Position numbers and translations under genes: made by a program. The notes beneath the pieces are model-generated. The model saw only the letters and a program-made list of their open reading frames with translations, had not been told where the DNA came from and did no database searches. DNA of 64,000 nucleotides from Geosiphon pyriformis uo1 (lineage: Eukaryota; Fungi; Glomeromycota): NCBI GenBank assembly GCA_016748015.1, contig JAAOMT010000280.1, positions 81,046-145,045 on the forward strand, in the 5' to 3' direction. Below are positions 50,409 through 63,550 of the stretch, one piece after another. The number at the start of each line of letters is the position of its first letter. Positions within the stretch are counted from its first letter, which is position 1.

Positions 50409-51751
50409 ACCTCAATTAAACCAAATCAAATATCGTACCGATTTCAGTATATAGCAAGCTAAGTATCAAAATTTAATGGGTAATTGCGTATTTCTTGTAT
50501 CTTAAACACTTGAAAATAAGTGTTCAATAAATGATATATGTAACAATAAACAACTAGAAATGGCTAATAATATGATATAATAGTGTGATGCTTGTGTGTC
50601 ACTCTTTTGCAAATATATTTAAGTAAAATTCTTAAAATTGATTTAAAAAAATTTAATATATATATACATATATATAATTATTACAAATTATTATAATCGG
50701 GTGGCTGGTCACGTGTAGGAAATGCTTAAGCTATTTCTATTGTAAAACAGTTATTTGTATTACATAATTAAAGCTATTAAATAAATATTATAATAATTAA
50801 GCAACAAAATTTTTTAAAAACAATAGTTATAACTTTTTAAAAAATATTGTAAACTTACATTAATAATTTAAAAAATAAGTTGAAATAAAAACAAATTATT
50901 GATTAATATTAATTATTTTGTTTTTAATGGTTTATTTATTTTAATAATAATAAAAATATATATATATTTTTGATTTAATATGTATTAATAAAACATTAAA
51001 AAAATTTTATTATTATTTATAATTTAAGTTAATAACTTGGTTAATAATTAATTATTAAAATATATAATAAAATCAATTATAATATATTAATTTAAGTAAT
51101 TAAAAATAAAAATATTTAAATGTTTTTTTAAAATTAAATTAACTTGTTTTGATTTATTTTATTTTTAATTGTAAATAAAAAAACAAATTGTAAATTATAA
51201 TTGTTTAAAACTATAAAAGTTTTATTATTTATTATAAAATTAATTTAAAATATTTTTTAATAGTAATTGTTTTATTACTTAAAAAAGTAATAATTATCTA
51301 TAATTTACAAATATAAAATTAAATAATATTTTACAATAAATATAATTTATGTTTTGAATATATGTGATAAAATTGTTTTTTAAATATTAATTTATTTTGT
51401 TTTAATATAGTTAAAAATATTTTGTTTTTAAATTTAATATTATTAAAATTATTGAATTTTTAAATAAATTTATTAACTGTAATTTTTTTTACAAAAAAAT
51501 CAATTTTTTATTTTAATTATAAATTATTTAAAATATGTATAAATTTTTAATATTATATATTAAAATTATTTTTTAAAAATTAAATATTTTGTAAAAAAAT
51601 AATTTTACAAAAAAAAATTTATTTTTTATTTTATAAGATATATACTTTTTTGTTTTAAATTTAATAATTACTATAAATAAAATAAAAAATAAACTCTTTC
51701 TTTTTAAAAATAAAAAATAAAAAGTTTTAAATATTACTTTTCTTATAGTAA

Positions 51752-52591
51752 TATTTTAAATTAGAGTAATAAGTTAATAAATTGTAAGATAAAACAGAAT
51801 TAAAAAAAATTAAATTAAAAAAATAATAAAAAAATTTAAAAGTAAAAAAATAATTTATTTTATTAACAAAAAATAACACACTAATATAATTCTATGCTTT
51901 ATATTAATGTTTTTAAAATTCAATATTAAATATTAATTGTATTTTTTAGTAATATTTATTTAATTATTTTTAAAATTAACAATTGCAAATAAATATTAAT
52001 AAGTAACTTTTTATTACAAAAATATTTAGATATTTAAAAAAATTTAAGAAAAAAAAATAAGTGAATTAGAAAAAATTGGATATTTAAAAATAATTTTTAT
52101 TATTTTAATTTATATATGTTTTGTATATTAAAATATGTTTTTTTAAAACTAAAAAATATAATATTTATATAACTATTTAAAGTAATCAATAATTAAATTA
52201 GCAATTAGATTAATAATTCGATTATTAATTAAGTTAATGATTAGATCAATAATTAAGTTAACAATTAAAACATTATTTATTTTTTAAATATAAAATGATT
52301 AACTATATAATATTAATAACTAATACATGTAATAATTAATAAAAACTATGATTTTTAATCATAATATTATTTTTTTTAAAGAGATTGAGCTCTAGTAAAA
52401 TTAAACTATTTATAGAGTATTCTAATTAATAAGTTTTGTTTAGCTTAAAATTAACTAGTTTGGTAAATTTTTTTATTAATAAAATATACAAAATTTAAAA
52501 TAAAATAAGTTTTAGATCTAAGAAACCAAATCTTTATATAAAAGTTTTAGCTTTTTTGGCAATAATTAAAATTTTTAAAACATTTAACTAT
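51752..52591 (-). mobile_element. Highly decayed third copy of the A/B Gypsy family (3' LTR ~51752-52366, PPT and end of ORF3)
   Basis: Colinear with 34236-35160 (e.g. AAAGAGATTGAGCTC, ACTAGTTTG, ACCAAATCTTT). Confidence 0.75.
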
Positions 52592-52793
52592 TGTTATTAG
52601 TAGAATTTTAGTTATTAATTAGCATGAAATTATTCTTATAATTTTTATCATTAATTAGTATATATTAATATTATTTCAAATTATCACTTATTATTTAATC
52701 AAATTGTTAAATATTACTATTTAATTAATAATCCAATTTATACAATAAAAATAAAGATAATCAAATTATATAATACTCTAAACTATATAATAT
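52592..52793 (+). mobile_element. LTR fragment of the 21983-22967 solo-LTR family, interrupted
   Basis: TGTTATTAGTAGAATTTTAGTTATTAATTAGCATGAAATT is the reverse complement of the 22967 end. Confidence 0.8.
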
Positions 52794-53422
52794 TGTTACT
52801 TATAGAATATAGAAATTAAATATTAGTATATAAATTAGCCAACAAAATAGATATAGTAAAAGTAGAATTTCAGAATTCTTTTTAAAGAAATTGCAAGATT
52901 CTAGAATTACAGAATTCTCATATGAGAAATTACAAGATTTTAAGAATTTCAGGATTTCTGGTTAGAGAATTAAGGAATTCAAGGAATCTCATATAACATA
53001 AATTATGTATATATAATAGTAGTATCAGAAGCTAGAAAATTAATTAGTTAGACTCTTAGAATCAATTAGACTTGTAAGTCATAATTATTAAATACTCTTT
53101 TTTTAAAAAATAGAATACTATAACTTAAAGTAAAATCATTTCCATGTTAATGAAATTATTCATTATTCTCAAATCCATGTTATTATTTATTATTTAATCT
53201 GCTGACACAATAGCTCTTGATCATGGCTATTGACAAGACACTTATTTTTTATTTTTTATTTTTATTTTTTTTTATTTTTTTTATTTTATTTTCTTTTGTT
53301 GTTCACTAAATTGATTAAAAATATTAAGTGCTAAGTTATTGACATTAAAGTAACTGGTAAAAGACCCAAAAATAAGAGTAGAACACTCATTATTAAGGAT
53401 AGCTTATCAAGAAAATTACCAG
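52794..53422 (+). mobile_element. LTR E (related to LTRs C and D), interrupted near its 3' part
   Basis: Starts TGTTACTTATAGAATATA. Shares the GAATT(G/T)CAGGATTC array, AATAGCTCTTGATCATGGCTATTGAC and CTGGTAAAAGACCC with LTR D. Confidence 0.8.
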
Positions 53423-54279
53423 TATTACTTATAGAATATAAAAAGTATATTAGCATATAAATTAGCCAATTAGAAGTAGCCATAGTAAATATGGAATTTC
53501 AGGATTCCTCTCAGAGGAATTGCAAGATTTCAGAAATTGCAGGATTCTCATACAAAGAATTGCAGAATTCCAGAATTTCAGGATTCCTCTTAAAGGAATT
53601 GCAAGATTTAGGAATTGCAGAATTCCTGGTGTAAAAAATTGAGAAATCAAGAAATCTTAATTATGTATATATAGCAGTAACATTAAAAGTAGAAAAAAAC
53701 AGACCTCTTAATTTAGATTTAATCTAAGCAATCTTTCATATTACAAATATCAATAAATAATTATTCACTATCTCAAATCTACTCTCTACTATCAACTTTT
53801 CATGTTGATAGTAATCAATACTTGACTACACTGAAACAATAGCTCTTGATCATAGCTATTGACAAAATACTAACTTGCAATTGTCTTGGCTTATTTTTTT
53901 TATCTTTTCTTTATATCTTTTCTTTTCTTTTCTTTATTTTGTTGTGGTTATTAATTGATTGAGAATTAAGTACTGAATTATTAATTTCAAGGATAGCCTG
54001 GTAAAAGACCCAAAAAAAAAGTAATATTAGATATATATTAACAGATAGCTTACCAAAAAAGCACAAATACCAGAATAAACCAGCCACCAAGCTAAAGAAA
54101 GAAATTGGGAAAACAACTCACCAACAATGGCAACATTATTATCAAATCTCTGTTTATTATACAAAGGACTCAACCAAAACCTTCAGATATTAGCAACCAT
54201 CAGTAAATTAATTAAGCACCAAGTTATGGGTTTGTTATTTGCTTTAAGACTCCAAATAATCAACTATAACATTTGGTGC
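53423..54279 (+). mobile_element. 5' LTR D (53423-54271) plus the start of its PBS (TGGTGC)
   Basis: T(G>A)TTACTTATAGAAT ... CTATAACA, then TT-TGGTGC, cut off by Gypsy C. Confidence 0.8.
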
Positions 54280-55117
54280 TGTTACAGGTAACTATTTCTG
54301 GTGTTGGATTAGCTAACAAATCCATAACTTGATGCTCAAATCTAGTTGCAGTTGATAGTGATCTTAAGGTTTGTGTCTGACAGATTTGTATTTGAAGATT
54401 CAATAGTAATAGTTTTATCTGTAGCTTTCCGAAACCACAGTTTTGTCAATTTTTTTCTCAGCTTGATGGCCAGTATTCCTTCTGGTAAGCTATTTTCAAT
54501 TGAGTGTTTTACCCTTATTTCTGGGTTTTTTACCAGTCACATTTATTCTGACATCAGTATCCCATGCATTAATCCTCAATAGAGTTAGTAAACAACAATA
54601 AAATCAAAATAAAAAATAAAAAAAAGAAAAGAAAATAAAAAAAGAAAAGAAATAAGCCAAGGCAATTTGCAAGTTAGTATTCTGTTAATAGCCATGATCA
54701 AGAGCTATTGTTCCAGTGTAGTTACATATCAATTACTATCAACATGAAGTGTTGATAATAGCAGCAGGTTTGAGATAACAAACAGTTATTTATTTGTGGT
54801 TTGGAAAGTTGTCTAGATAAAATCTAAATTAAGAGGTCTGTCTTTTTAGCTTCTAATCCTACTGCTATATATACATAATTGAGATTCTTCAATTCCTCAA
54901 TTCTTTACAACAGGAATCTTGGAATTCTTAGAATCCTGCAATTCCTTTGAGAGAAATCCTGGAATTCTGAAATCCTGCAATTTCTTGTGAGAATCCTGTA
55001 ATTCCTAGAATCCTGCAATTCCTGAGAGAAATCCTGGAATTCCACATTTTACTATATCTACTTCTGATTAGTTAATAACTATGCTAATATATATTCTCTA
55101 TATTTCTATGAGTAACA
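54280..55117 (-). repeat. 3' LTR of Gypsy C
   Basis: TGTTAC...GTAACA termini; direct repeat of 63551-64000. Confidence 0.92.
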
Positions 55118-55130
55118 TTATTCTCTTCTT

Positions 55131-55790
55131 TTAATATTGAGCTCCATTGAAATCTAACTCTGTTAATTCTCCTTCTTGAAGTATTTCTTGAATTTTATTT
55201 TCAAGAATTACTTGTGTTATTTGAGTCTGTAATTTTTCAAATTAAGCATTGGTGATCTTTCCTAATTGATTACTGGTAACCATATCCATTGCTTTGTTAA
55301 GTAAGATTTCTGGTCAATCCTAAAATGCTGTATGTATTCAGTATATGGCTTGGGCCTGTGTAAATAAGTTGTTCTTTTCCACAAACTGTTCTAATTGTTG
55401 TAGTATTTTTGTGTCAAATAATCACTTTGTTTTATCCATATATAAATTCTAGATATTCATGTGTTGTCCCAAGTAAAAATAACAATAGTTTTTTGGAAAT
55501 TGTTGTATCCACCAATTCCAAGTTTTTTTAGTCAATTCTTGATATAGTGACTTTTTTGTCAACTCTTTTATTACTAATTTTACTTTTGCAATGATTTTGT
55601 CAACAGTATTTTCTGTTTTCTTCTGTGTTCTATGTGGTAATGTTTTTCTAGTGTCTTGATATCAAATGGTTTGTTGATTAATTGTAATTTCTATCTCTTG
55701 GTGTTGAATCAATTGAAAGAGTTGTTGTGCTAGTAAGTAGATGTTGTCTGTAATTTCTATTTTTCTGATATTTTTTGTCGTGTCTATCAT
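55131..55790 (-). pseudogene. Extra ORF (ORF3) downstream of integrase in Gypsy C
   Basis: MIDTTKNIRKIEITDNIYLLAQQLFQLIQ...YCYFYLGQHM...QLGKITNA*FEKLQ...ELDFNGAQY*, with point-mutation stops. Confidence 0.65.
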
Positions 55791-55899
55791 GTCTTTATAT
55801 ATTCTTTTGATAGATTAATTTAACATGTTGTTGTCAATAATGATAATTGGTTCCAAATCTCATGAAATCTCCTCTAGTTAGATTAGTATCTTCTATACT

Positions 55900-58620
55900 C
55901 CTAATTGTGGAATATTACTGGTGAATGGTGGTGTAATGTTGTGGTATGGTTTCAGTCGATCTTCATGTGCTGCTTTGGTTAAAATTTTGTTATCCAGTCT
56001 TAATTTGTAAGCTCCATTCCCTAGAATTTCTTTTATGTGAAATGGTCTATCCCATTTGGAGTCAAATTTTCCACTCTATTGTTTTTCCACTTTGGTACGA
56101 TGTAAGAGTACTTTGTCTCCAATCTTGAATTCAACTGGTTTGTCTGGTAGTTGATTATTATGTCTTTTTTTCTGTTTCTCTTGTGACTTTTGTATGTTAT
56201 CAGCTGCTCTTCTTTATTTGTTTTCCAATGTTTCCATTAAGTTATATGTTCTTTTTAACAATGTTTTTTGAAAATTCTCTTCTGTTATTAGTTCAGTTGG
56301 ATATGTGTTAACCTCTATCTCAACTGGTAATGTTGCTGTTCTACTGTATATCAATTCAAATGGTATTGCTTGTGTGGTGTCTTGCTTCATTGTCTAATAA
56401 GCAAATAATACTGATAGTATGGACAAATTTCATTCATCCTGGTTTTTTTGGCTGAGTTTTGCTATTGCTTCACACAATGTTCTATTAAATTTTTCAACTA
56501 ATCCATTGGTTTGTGGATGGTATGATGATAATAGTGGTCTCTTAATTCCGAATCTTTGGCTTAGTTCTGCTAATGTTCTATTCACAAAATAGGTTCCTTA
56601 GTCTGATAATAGTTCTTTTGGACATCCATGTTGACAAATCAGATCTTGATGAACAAATTTGGCAACGGATTCTGCATCTGCTCTTTGAATTGCTTTGGCT
56701 TTTGGCCATTTAGTAAGATAGTCCATGGCTACTGCAATATATCTGTTGTCTCTGCTGGTAATTGTCAATGGTCTAACTAAATCGATTTCAATGCGGTCAA
56801 ATGGTTGTTCCACTTTAATTGGTCTCAATGGTTTGCTGGGTTTTGTTCCTTCTCTTCTTTAACAAGCATCACAATTTTGCACATATTGGATAATGTCTGG
56901 ATACATTTATGGCCAATAGTATCTCTTTCTGGTTCTTTCCATGGTTGCTTCTTTATGAAAATGTTCTGTAGTTAAATCTGAGTGCATGTTGAACAGTATT
57001 GTCTCCTTTTCTGGTTCTGTAATTACTTTGGTTGGTTGATCTGCATCTTTTCTATTTTTCCGATAAAGTATATTTTGGTGAGTAATAAAATATTTGGATT
57101 GTTGTTTGATTCTCTTTTGTTCCAGTTGAGATAATTTTTTCTTGAACTGTTGAGTATCTATATAATGTTGAAATTGTTGATATTTTTGTGTGTTCATCTT
57201 TTGTTATATTTTCGTGAGTATTGCTTTAGTTTTGTTATATTTTTGGGTTGAAATGTTCTTAGATTTGTCTCATTCATAACAAACCATCAGCATTTCCATT
57301 GTTTTTTTTCTTTTTATAATGTATGGTATAAGTATATGTCAAAAGAGCCATTTTCTATCTTGACTGTCTTCTGTCTCCAAATTCTTGTTTTTGAAGTAAT
57401 GTCAATTCTTTGTGATCTGTGTACACCTCAAACTTTTGGCTCAAGTATTCTTTTTATTTCATAACTGCCCAATAGATTGCTAGATGTTCTAATTCTGGTG
57501 TTTCATAGTTCTTTTCGGCTGGAGTCAAACCTCAGCTGGCATATATGACTGAATGTTCTCTTCCATCCAATCCTCTCTGAGATAGTACTGCTCCCAATGC
57601 TTGACCTGATGCATCAATAATAATAATGAATGGTTTACTATGATCTGGATAGATCAATACTGGAGCTTAAATAAGCTTTCTTCTTAAGATGTTAAATGCT
57701 TCTTGCTGGGTTTTAGTCCATTCATACTTTGCATTTTTGGTTTGAAGATCATTAAGTGATTGTGCTATCTTTGAAAAGTTCTTTATGAAGTGTCTATAAT
57801 AGCTCGCAAATCCCAAGAATGATTTTAGCTCAGTTACATTGATTGGTATTGGAAAGTTCTTTACTATCTCTATTTTCTCCAGATCTGTTTTTATGTTGTC
57901 TTTGCTAACTATGTGTTCCAAGAATTTTAGTTCTGTTTTGCCAAAAAAACACTTTGTTGCATTCAATTTTAATCCTGTTCATTATAGTCTTTTGAACACT
58001 TGTTGGAAATGACATAGATAATCATTGAATGTTTTTGAAAACACATTGGTGTTATCCAAGTATACAACTACTGATTTCCACAATAAGCCGGTATACATGA
58101 TTTCTATTAGCCATTGGAATGTAGCTGGAGCATTGGTTAAGCCGAATGGCATAACTTTAAACTCAAAGTTTCTCTCTCTTATGGTGAATGCCATTTTTTT
58201 TTGTTGGCTAGATCCATGGCTACTTGTCAGTAATCACTATCCAAGTCTAATATTAAGAACCATTTGTTTCCACCGAAAGCGTTGAATAGTTTTTGTATCC
58301 GTGGAGTTGAATAGTTGTCTTTACAAATTACACTATTGAGTTTCCTATAGTCTACACAAAATTGGATTTTTCTATTCTTCTTATAGATGAGTACTACTGG
58401 TGATAACTATGGGCTCATTGATGGCTGAATTAACCCATTGTCAAGCATTCAGTTGATCTCTTGACAGATGATTTCATGGCTGGCTGGTAATACTCTATAT
58501 GCTTGCTGTTTCATTGGCATTACATCTCCAGTCTTAATCTGATGCTGGATAATATCAGTTCTCCCAAATTCATTTTTACTGGCAAAGATGTTATTGAAAT
58601 TATTAAGTAACATCTTTAGT
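55900..58620 (-). pseudogene. RT, RNase H and integrase of Gypsy C
   Basis: FKVMPFGLTNAPATFQ, YLDN, SFLGFASYYRHF, DAS, RYYWP, FDRIEIDLV, YHPQTNGLVEKFN. Confidence 0.95.
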
Positions 58621-59096
58621 TACATCTGTTGAAGTGGGTCTAGATTTCCCATGTTTATGTGTTCCAATTGTTCTGGCTGTAACAGATAACATTTGTTTTG
58701 TCTGTAGATGGTTTGTGATGTAATTTCTACATATCTACAAAGCTGTGGAAAATTTGGAATACTGCTTGGTGCTTGATCTTCAATTTCTGTGGTTAAATAT
58801 TTAAGAGTGGTTTCTTTCGGTATTTCTACAACATTTTCAGTGTTGTTATAGATGAGAATTTTGATATGGTTATGGCTCTTGGCTGGTATGTGTAGATTGA
58901 TAAGTCCAATTTTTCCTGATTCACAAAGGGTTGCTTCTGCTTCAAAAATCTGTTCTTGCTCTTTCTCTCTCCTTTTTATTGCTAACATGTATTGGCTATA
59001 TAGTGGAATGGAAATTGTTTGACTGGTTGAGATAATTTCTCCTTGGCCAATAATTTCTTCCTCCATCATATTGACTGGTACATCTATTCTATTCAT

Positions 59097-59483
59097 TAAT
59101 CCAAATCCCTGTATCCCTCTTGCTGTTATCCCTAATTCTTTTCTATTTTTCACTGAAACTAACTGAGCGATTTTCACCAGAGGCAAGAATATTGCCTGTG
59201 CTATCCTTTCATTTGGCTCTATAACATAGGCCTTTTCTGAATCATTTTGTAGTATAGCAATGATATTTCCTACATATCCTGCATTAATTATTTCTCCTCT
59301 GATGTTTATTTCTTTTTTTGCTAAATTACTTCTAGATGCTAATTGAACCATTGTTGTTGTTGAAATTTTCAGTGCTATTTTTAGATTGATGCAAGTGTGC
59401 AAATGGGGTTCTAATTTGATGGCATTTTTTCCTAGATATCTCAGATCAAATTCTGGATCAGTATCATGTACATGTTCTGGTAT
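59097..59483 (-). pseudogene. Trimeric dUTPase domain within pol of Gypsy C
   Basis: All five dUTPase motifs in degenerate form: DPEFDL (AGxDL), ASRSNLA (RSxL), GEIINAGYVGNI (GxIDxxYxG), ERIAQAIF and RGIQGFG. Confidence 0.9.
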
Positions 59484-60779
59484 GATATCTTTATCATTAT
59501 CACTGAACCATTTCAGTTCTTGCTCTTTGGTGAGGTCAGAGAGTGTGATATATTGTTCATAGTTTGAATTGGAGTTTGAATCTGAGTTGGAATCATTGTC
59601 ATAGCCATTTTGAACAAAGCTGGAACTATTATTTTTGTTATCATCATTGTCAGAGTTTGAATTGGAGTTGGAACTTGATTCTGATTTTGATGCACAGCTG
59701 TTGATTGGTTTTTCTTCTTCGAAGATCGTGTAGATGATGCATGGTGGTAGATTGTAGATGAGGTCACAATCATCACAGAATTGGAAGTCACATGGAATCA
59801 AACAGTGGTCACATAATCAGGTGTTGATTTCTTTCAAGTGTTGCTTTTGCTCTTTTTTCATGGGTGTTAGATTCTGATAATGTTCATGAAATTCTTCTGG
59901 GCTGTTTTCTAAGTCAATAAAGGCATCTCAGTTGAGAACCAAAACAATATCTGTTGGTTCTGGAGGGTTATTCTTGATCTCCAGAATTTCACTGGGCGAA
60001 GCACCTTTTACTTTAATGTTGGCCATTCACTAGATCTCATCCTCGTCATGTGAATAGCTGTCTAGGCAGGATATAGCTCAGTGCCATGCTGCTATAATAG
60101 GTGTACCACAACTCATCTAGTCACTGATAAGGATTGTGTATTGGCATGAAATGTCACATGTTCCTTCTCGACCAAGAATGTCATTCCACATTCCTTTGTC
60201 AAGTAATTGTTTGCCACAAGTGAGACATGGTTTATTGTCCCACTTGTCTTATCTTTTTGGGTAGCCATATTGTTTCCTATGGCAGGGCTTGCAATAGTAA
60301 TGGGTTCGCATCCAGTAGTCTTTGTCTAGCGCTACCCAAGCTCCCATTGAAAACAGTTTCTTTCCACAGTCTTTGCATTTGAGAGGTATATATGGCAGCT
60401 CTTTTATTGGTTCACGTAAGTATTCCCTTTCCCAGCCACTAGTTATTTCTTCTGTAATGGTGGTTTTTTCAGGTATGTTTTCTTCCCTTCCTTTCTCTTT
60501 TTTCCTGTTCTTTTCTTCCCAATTTAGAATTGGTAGCATTTCACTTTGGTTGTTGTTGGTCCAAGCATTGATGGTGGCTTCCCAGATAAGTTCTTCTCTT
60601 TGTTTCTCCTTTTTATTGTCATTGTTGTCCCAGGCAAGTATTGGTGGCAGTTCGTTGTAGTCGACATCAGCCCACAAGACTTGGTACACTTCCCAGGTGG
60701 GTTTTGCTTTTTCTTCTTTGAATTCAATAAGTGGTGTTGATGGCATGGTAATGGGCTTGAAGTGGCCACAAGTGGCTGG

Positions 60780-61110
60780 TACTCATGTGTATTGGCCGTT
60801 CAGGCTAAGCTGAAGCTCTTGGGTGTTCCAATCTAGGGTTGCATTGGTTTTGGACAGCCAGTTGTTCTCAACAAGTGCTTGGTATTGAGTGGCTTTCATG
60901 ACGAGTACTTTGATTGGTACTATGATGCTGTTGACTTCTATGGAGAAATCATCAATCTCTCCAATGGGTGTTTTGGTTGCTCTATCAGCTATAATAATCT
61001 TAGCACTGGCAACACAATCAACTCAGTGACCTAATTGATCTATGAGTTGTCTTGTGATAATGCTGCCAGCTGATCCACTATCTAGGATCAGTTTGAGTTT
61101 TTCTTCGAGT
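60780..61110 (-). pseudogene. Retropepsin protease of Gypsy C
   Basis: KLILDSGSAGSIIT...ALVENNWL. Confidence 0.9.
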
Positions 61111-61689
61111 ACTGCTCTACTGAACAAAGGTGGATTGATGGTTTCCTCCAATTTAAAAGAAAAAATGGCTGCAAGAGATTCGTTTTTGGTGACCATTGCT
61201 GGTAGAATATTGTTGGTAAGTGTTGTTTGGGATGGGTTGGATTCTGAGTTGTTGGTGGTGGCATCTTCTGGAGTAACTAGGAAACTTAAATAGTTCTGGG
61301 AATTTGGGTTTTGGGTAGAACCAGTACCCGGATTCCGCTGTCGAAAGCCTGATGGTTAGTGAAAAAAGCTGGGGATTGGTTAATGAACAACCATTACTGA
61401 TTTCCAGTTTTGAGTGATTCTAGGTCTTGGGTTTCCTGATGTCATTTGAGTAGGATTTTGGAATGGTGTTTGAATTGGTTGTTGGGACTGATAAATTTTT
61501 TGGGGCTGTGGCTGATAAATTACCAGTGGCTGTGATTGATAAATTGGAGGTTGATATACTGGTGGTTGATAGATTGGTCACTGCGTCATTGACAGGTAAT
61601 TGGTTTGATATTGGTCTTGATTTGAATAGTAATTCTGAGTTTGAAATCTGCAATCAGGGTTTCGATATTGATTTCTCAATTGTGAATTG

Positions 61690-63530
61690 TTGCTATAAAA
61701 TCAACAGTTGGCTCTAATGTGACCTTGTTTACTACAGTTGTGGCAAACATGTGTTTCTGGCTGCCATGGCTAATTGGGTAACAATAATAATGATGATGTT
61801 GATGGATGTGGCTGATTTTAGAAATGATTTGTGTTTCCTGAATTATTGCGTCATTGTGGTGGTTGATAGACTGCATGATTGTCAGCTAAGTATCCTTCTA
61901 ATTTCTGATTGATTGTATTACTGAATTGTTTCAGTTTGGAATCCAAGTCAGATGATCCATTTATCACTAAATTTACAGCTTGGGCGTGGTTGGCTTTTAG
62001 CTTGGCTGCTTTAAAATCTCTGGCATGGATGATGGCAGTTGGGAGGTCAACTGGATGCATTGGACATACTCGTTGAAGAATGCTACTGCACAATTCTCTG
62101 ATGAACTGGTTTAAGATCTGTGGTGCTGTAAAGTAATCAGCTTGGATTGTCTGAATTTGGTGCAGATTTCTATGGAAGTGTCTTAAGTAAGTGGTGACTG
62201 CTTCTGTGTCCCCTTGTTTGATGGTAGTAAATGTGTTGGTCAAGTAATTGATACTATTGTTATTACTAAAATATTCCAAGAATTCTGTTTTGAACTCATT
62301 GAAGGTTTGTGGTTTGGTGGCTAGGCTTTGATACCATGAGTCAGTGGTATCTTTGAGAAAATAGGTGATTGTTTGAAGGGCTCTACCATTGTTCCATCTA
62401 TTGGCTACTATGGCTTTTTCAATGTCATTGAACCATATTTGGGCGTCATCCTCTTCGCTGGTAAAATTGTCAAGTTTTGCAATTGGTGCGTAGGCTATTG
62501 GATTTAAGTTGGGTTGTTGTGGTGGTAGTTGAAGTGGTTGTTGTTGCACAGGTTGTTGGGGTGGTAGTTAAAGTGGCAGTTATATGAGTTCAGCTATTGG
62601 ATTAATCGGTAGTTGATCAATAACAATTACTGAAGGTAAGTTTTGTTGATTTATTAAATTGGGGTTTCGATTATCCTGAGTTGGTGGTGTTTGAATGTTT
62701 GGAGTTTCAATTTCCGGATTTTCTGGGTTTAGATTTTACTGAGTTTGAAGATTCAGGGTTTTAAATTCCGGATTTTCAGCAATCAGGTTCTGGCAAGTGA
62801 ATTCTTGATCTTCAGTTTCTTCTTCTTCCTCTTCTTCTGATTCCGTTACTTCCCACAGATCAGAAATTCTGAAATCTGGGAGAGATGGTAGTGATCGGAG
62901 TCCTAATGGCATTGATGATCACGAGTTAAATCCTTCAAAATACGCACCATATGGTCCTAATAATTCTGCTTTTCTTTGTTTACTTTGGAATAGAAATTGT
63001 CCAAATGCTGATGCCGTGTTTGATGTGGACACGCTGATAAATGTAATATTAATGACGCTTTCAGGTGTATAGTGGTATGATGGATTAGTTGGGGACTTAA
63101 CTCTTGTTTTCTTCTAAGTAAGTAGTTGTATTCTTTTGGGTGTTACTGCTGGTATTTGCAGTTTTTCTTTGCCTTTGTTCGCATAAGTAATGGAATATCT
63201 TTGCTGTGTGTAGTGTTCAATTTCTTTGTTGATTTCTATGATAATGGAGACAAAATTGTGATTTGTTGGCAGATTGGTATTTTGAATTAATTCACTGTAA
63301 AAGACTTCTCTTGCCGATTTGATATTTACTGGTGTTTTTAACAGATAGGCAATTCTTTTGTTGACATAGAAATTGAAAGCTGATTCTACTAGTATGTCAT
63401 TGTGATTTAATCCCAAATGTTGACAGTAGTGTTGAAATAAAGATTTCATGAATCCTAGATGGTTTGCTCCTATGTTTTCTGATTCTGCCACTTTTAGATT
63501 TGTGTTGGTGCTGGTTCTCTGTAAGATTAT
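61690..63530 (-). pseudogene. gag of Gypsy C
   Basis: Capsid-like region (APIAKLDNF..DAQIWFND..IKQGDTEAVTTY..QILNQFI) and CCHC knuckle CHNCSKQGHIRANC (~61705-61746), with a long N-terminal extension. Confidence 0.9.
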
Positions 63531-63550
63531 ACCTTACAGGAAACACCAAA

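Noticed and set aside
50698-50760. GC-rich GGGTGGCTGGTCACGTG at the border of an AT-rich block, a possible DNA-transposon terminus
   Set aside because: No partner repeat inside the window, so it cannot be verified.
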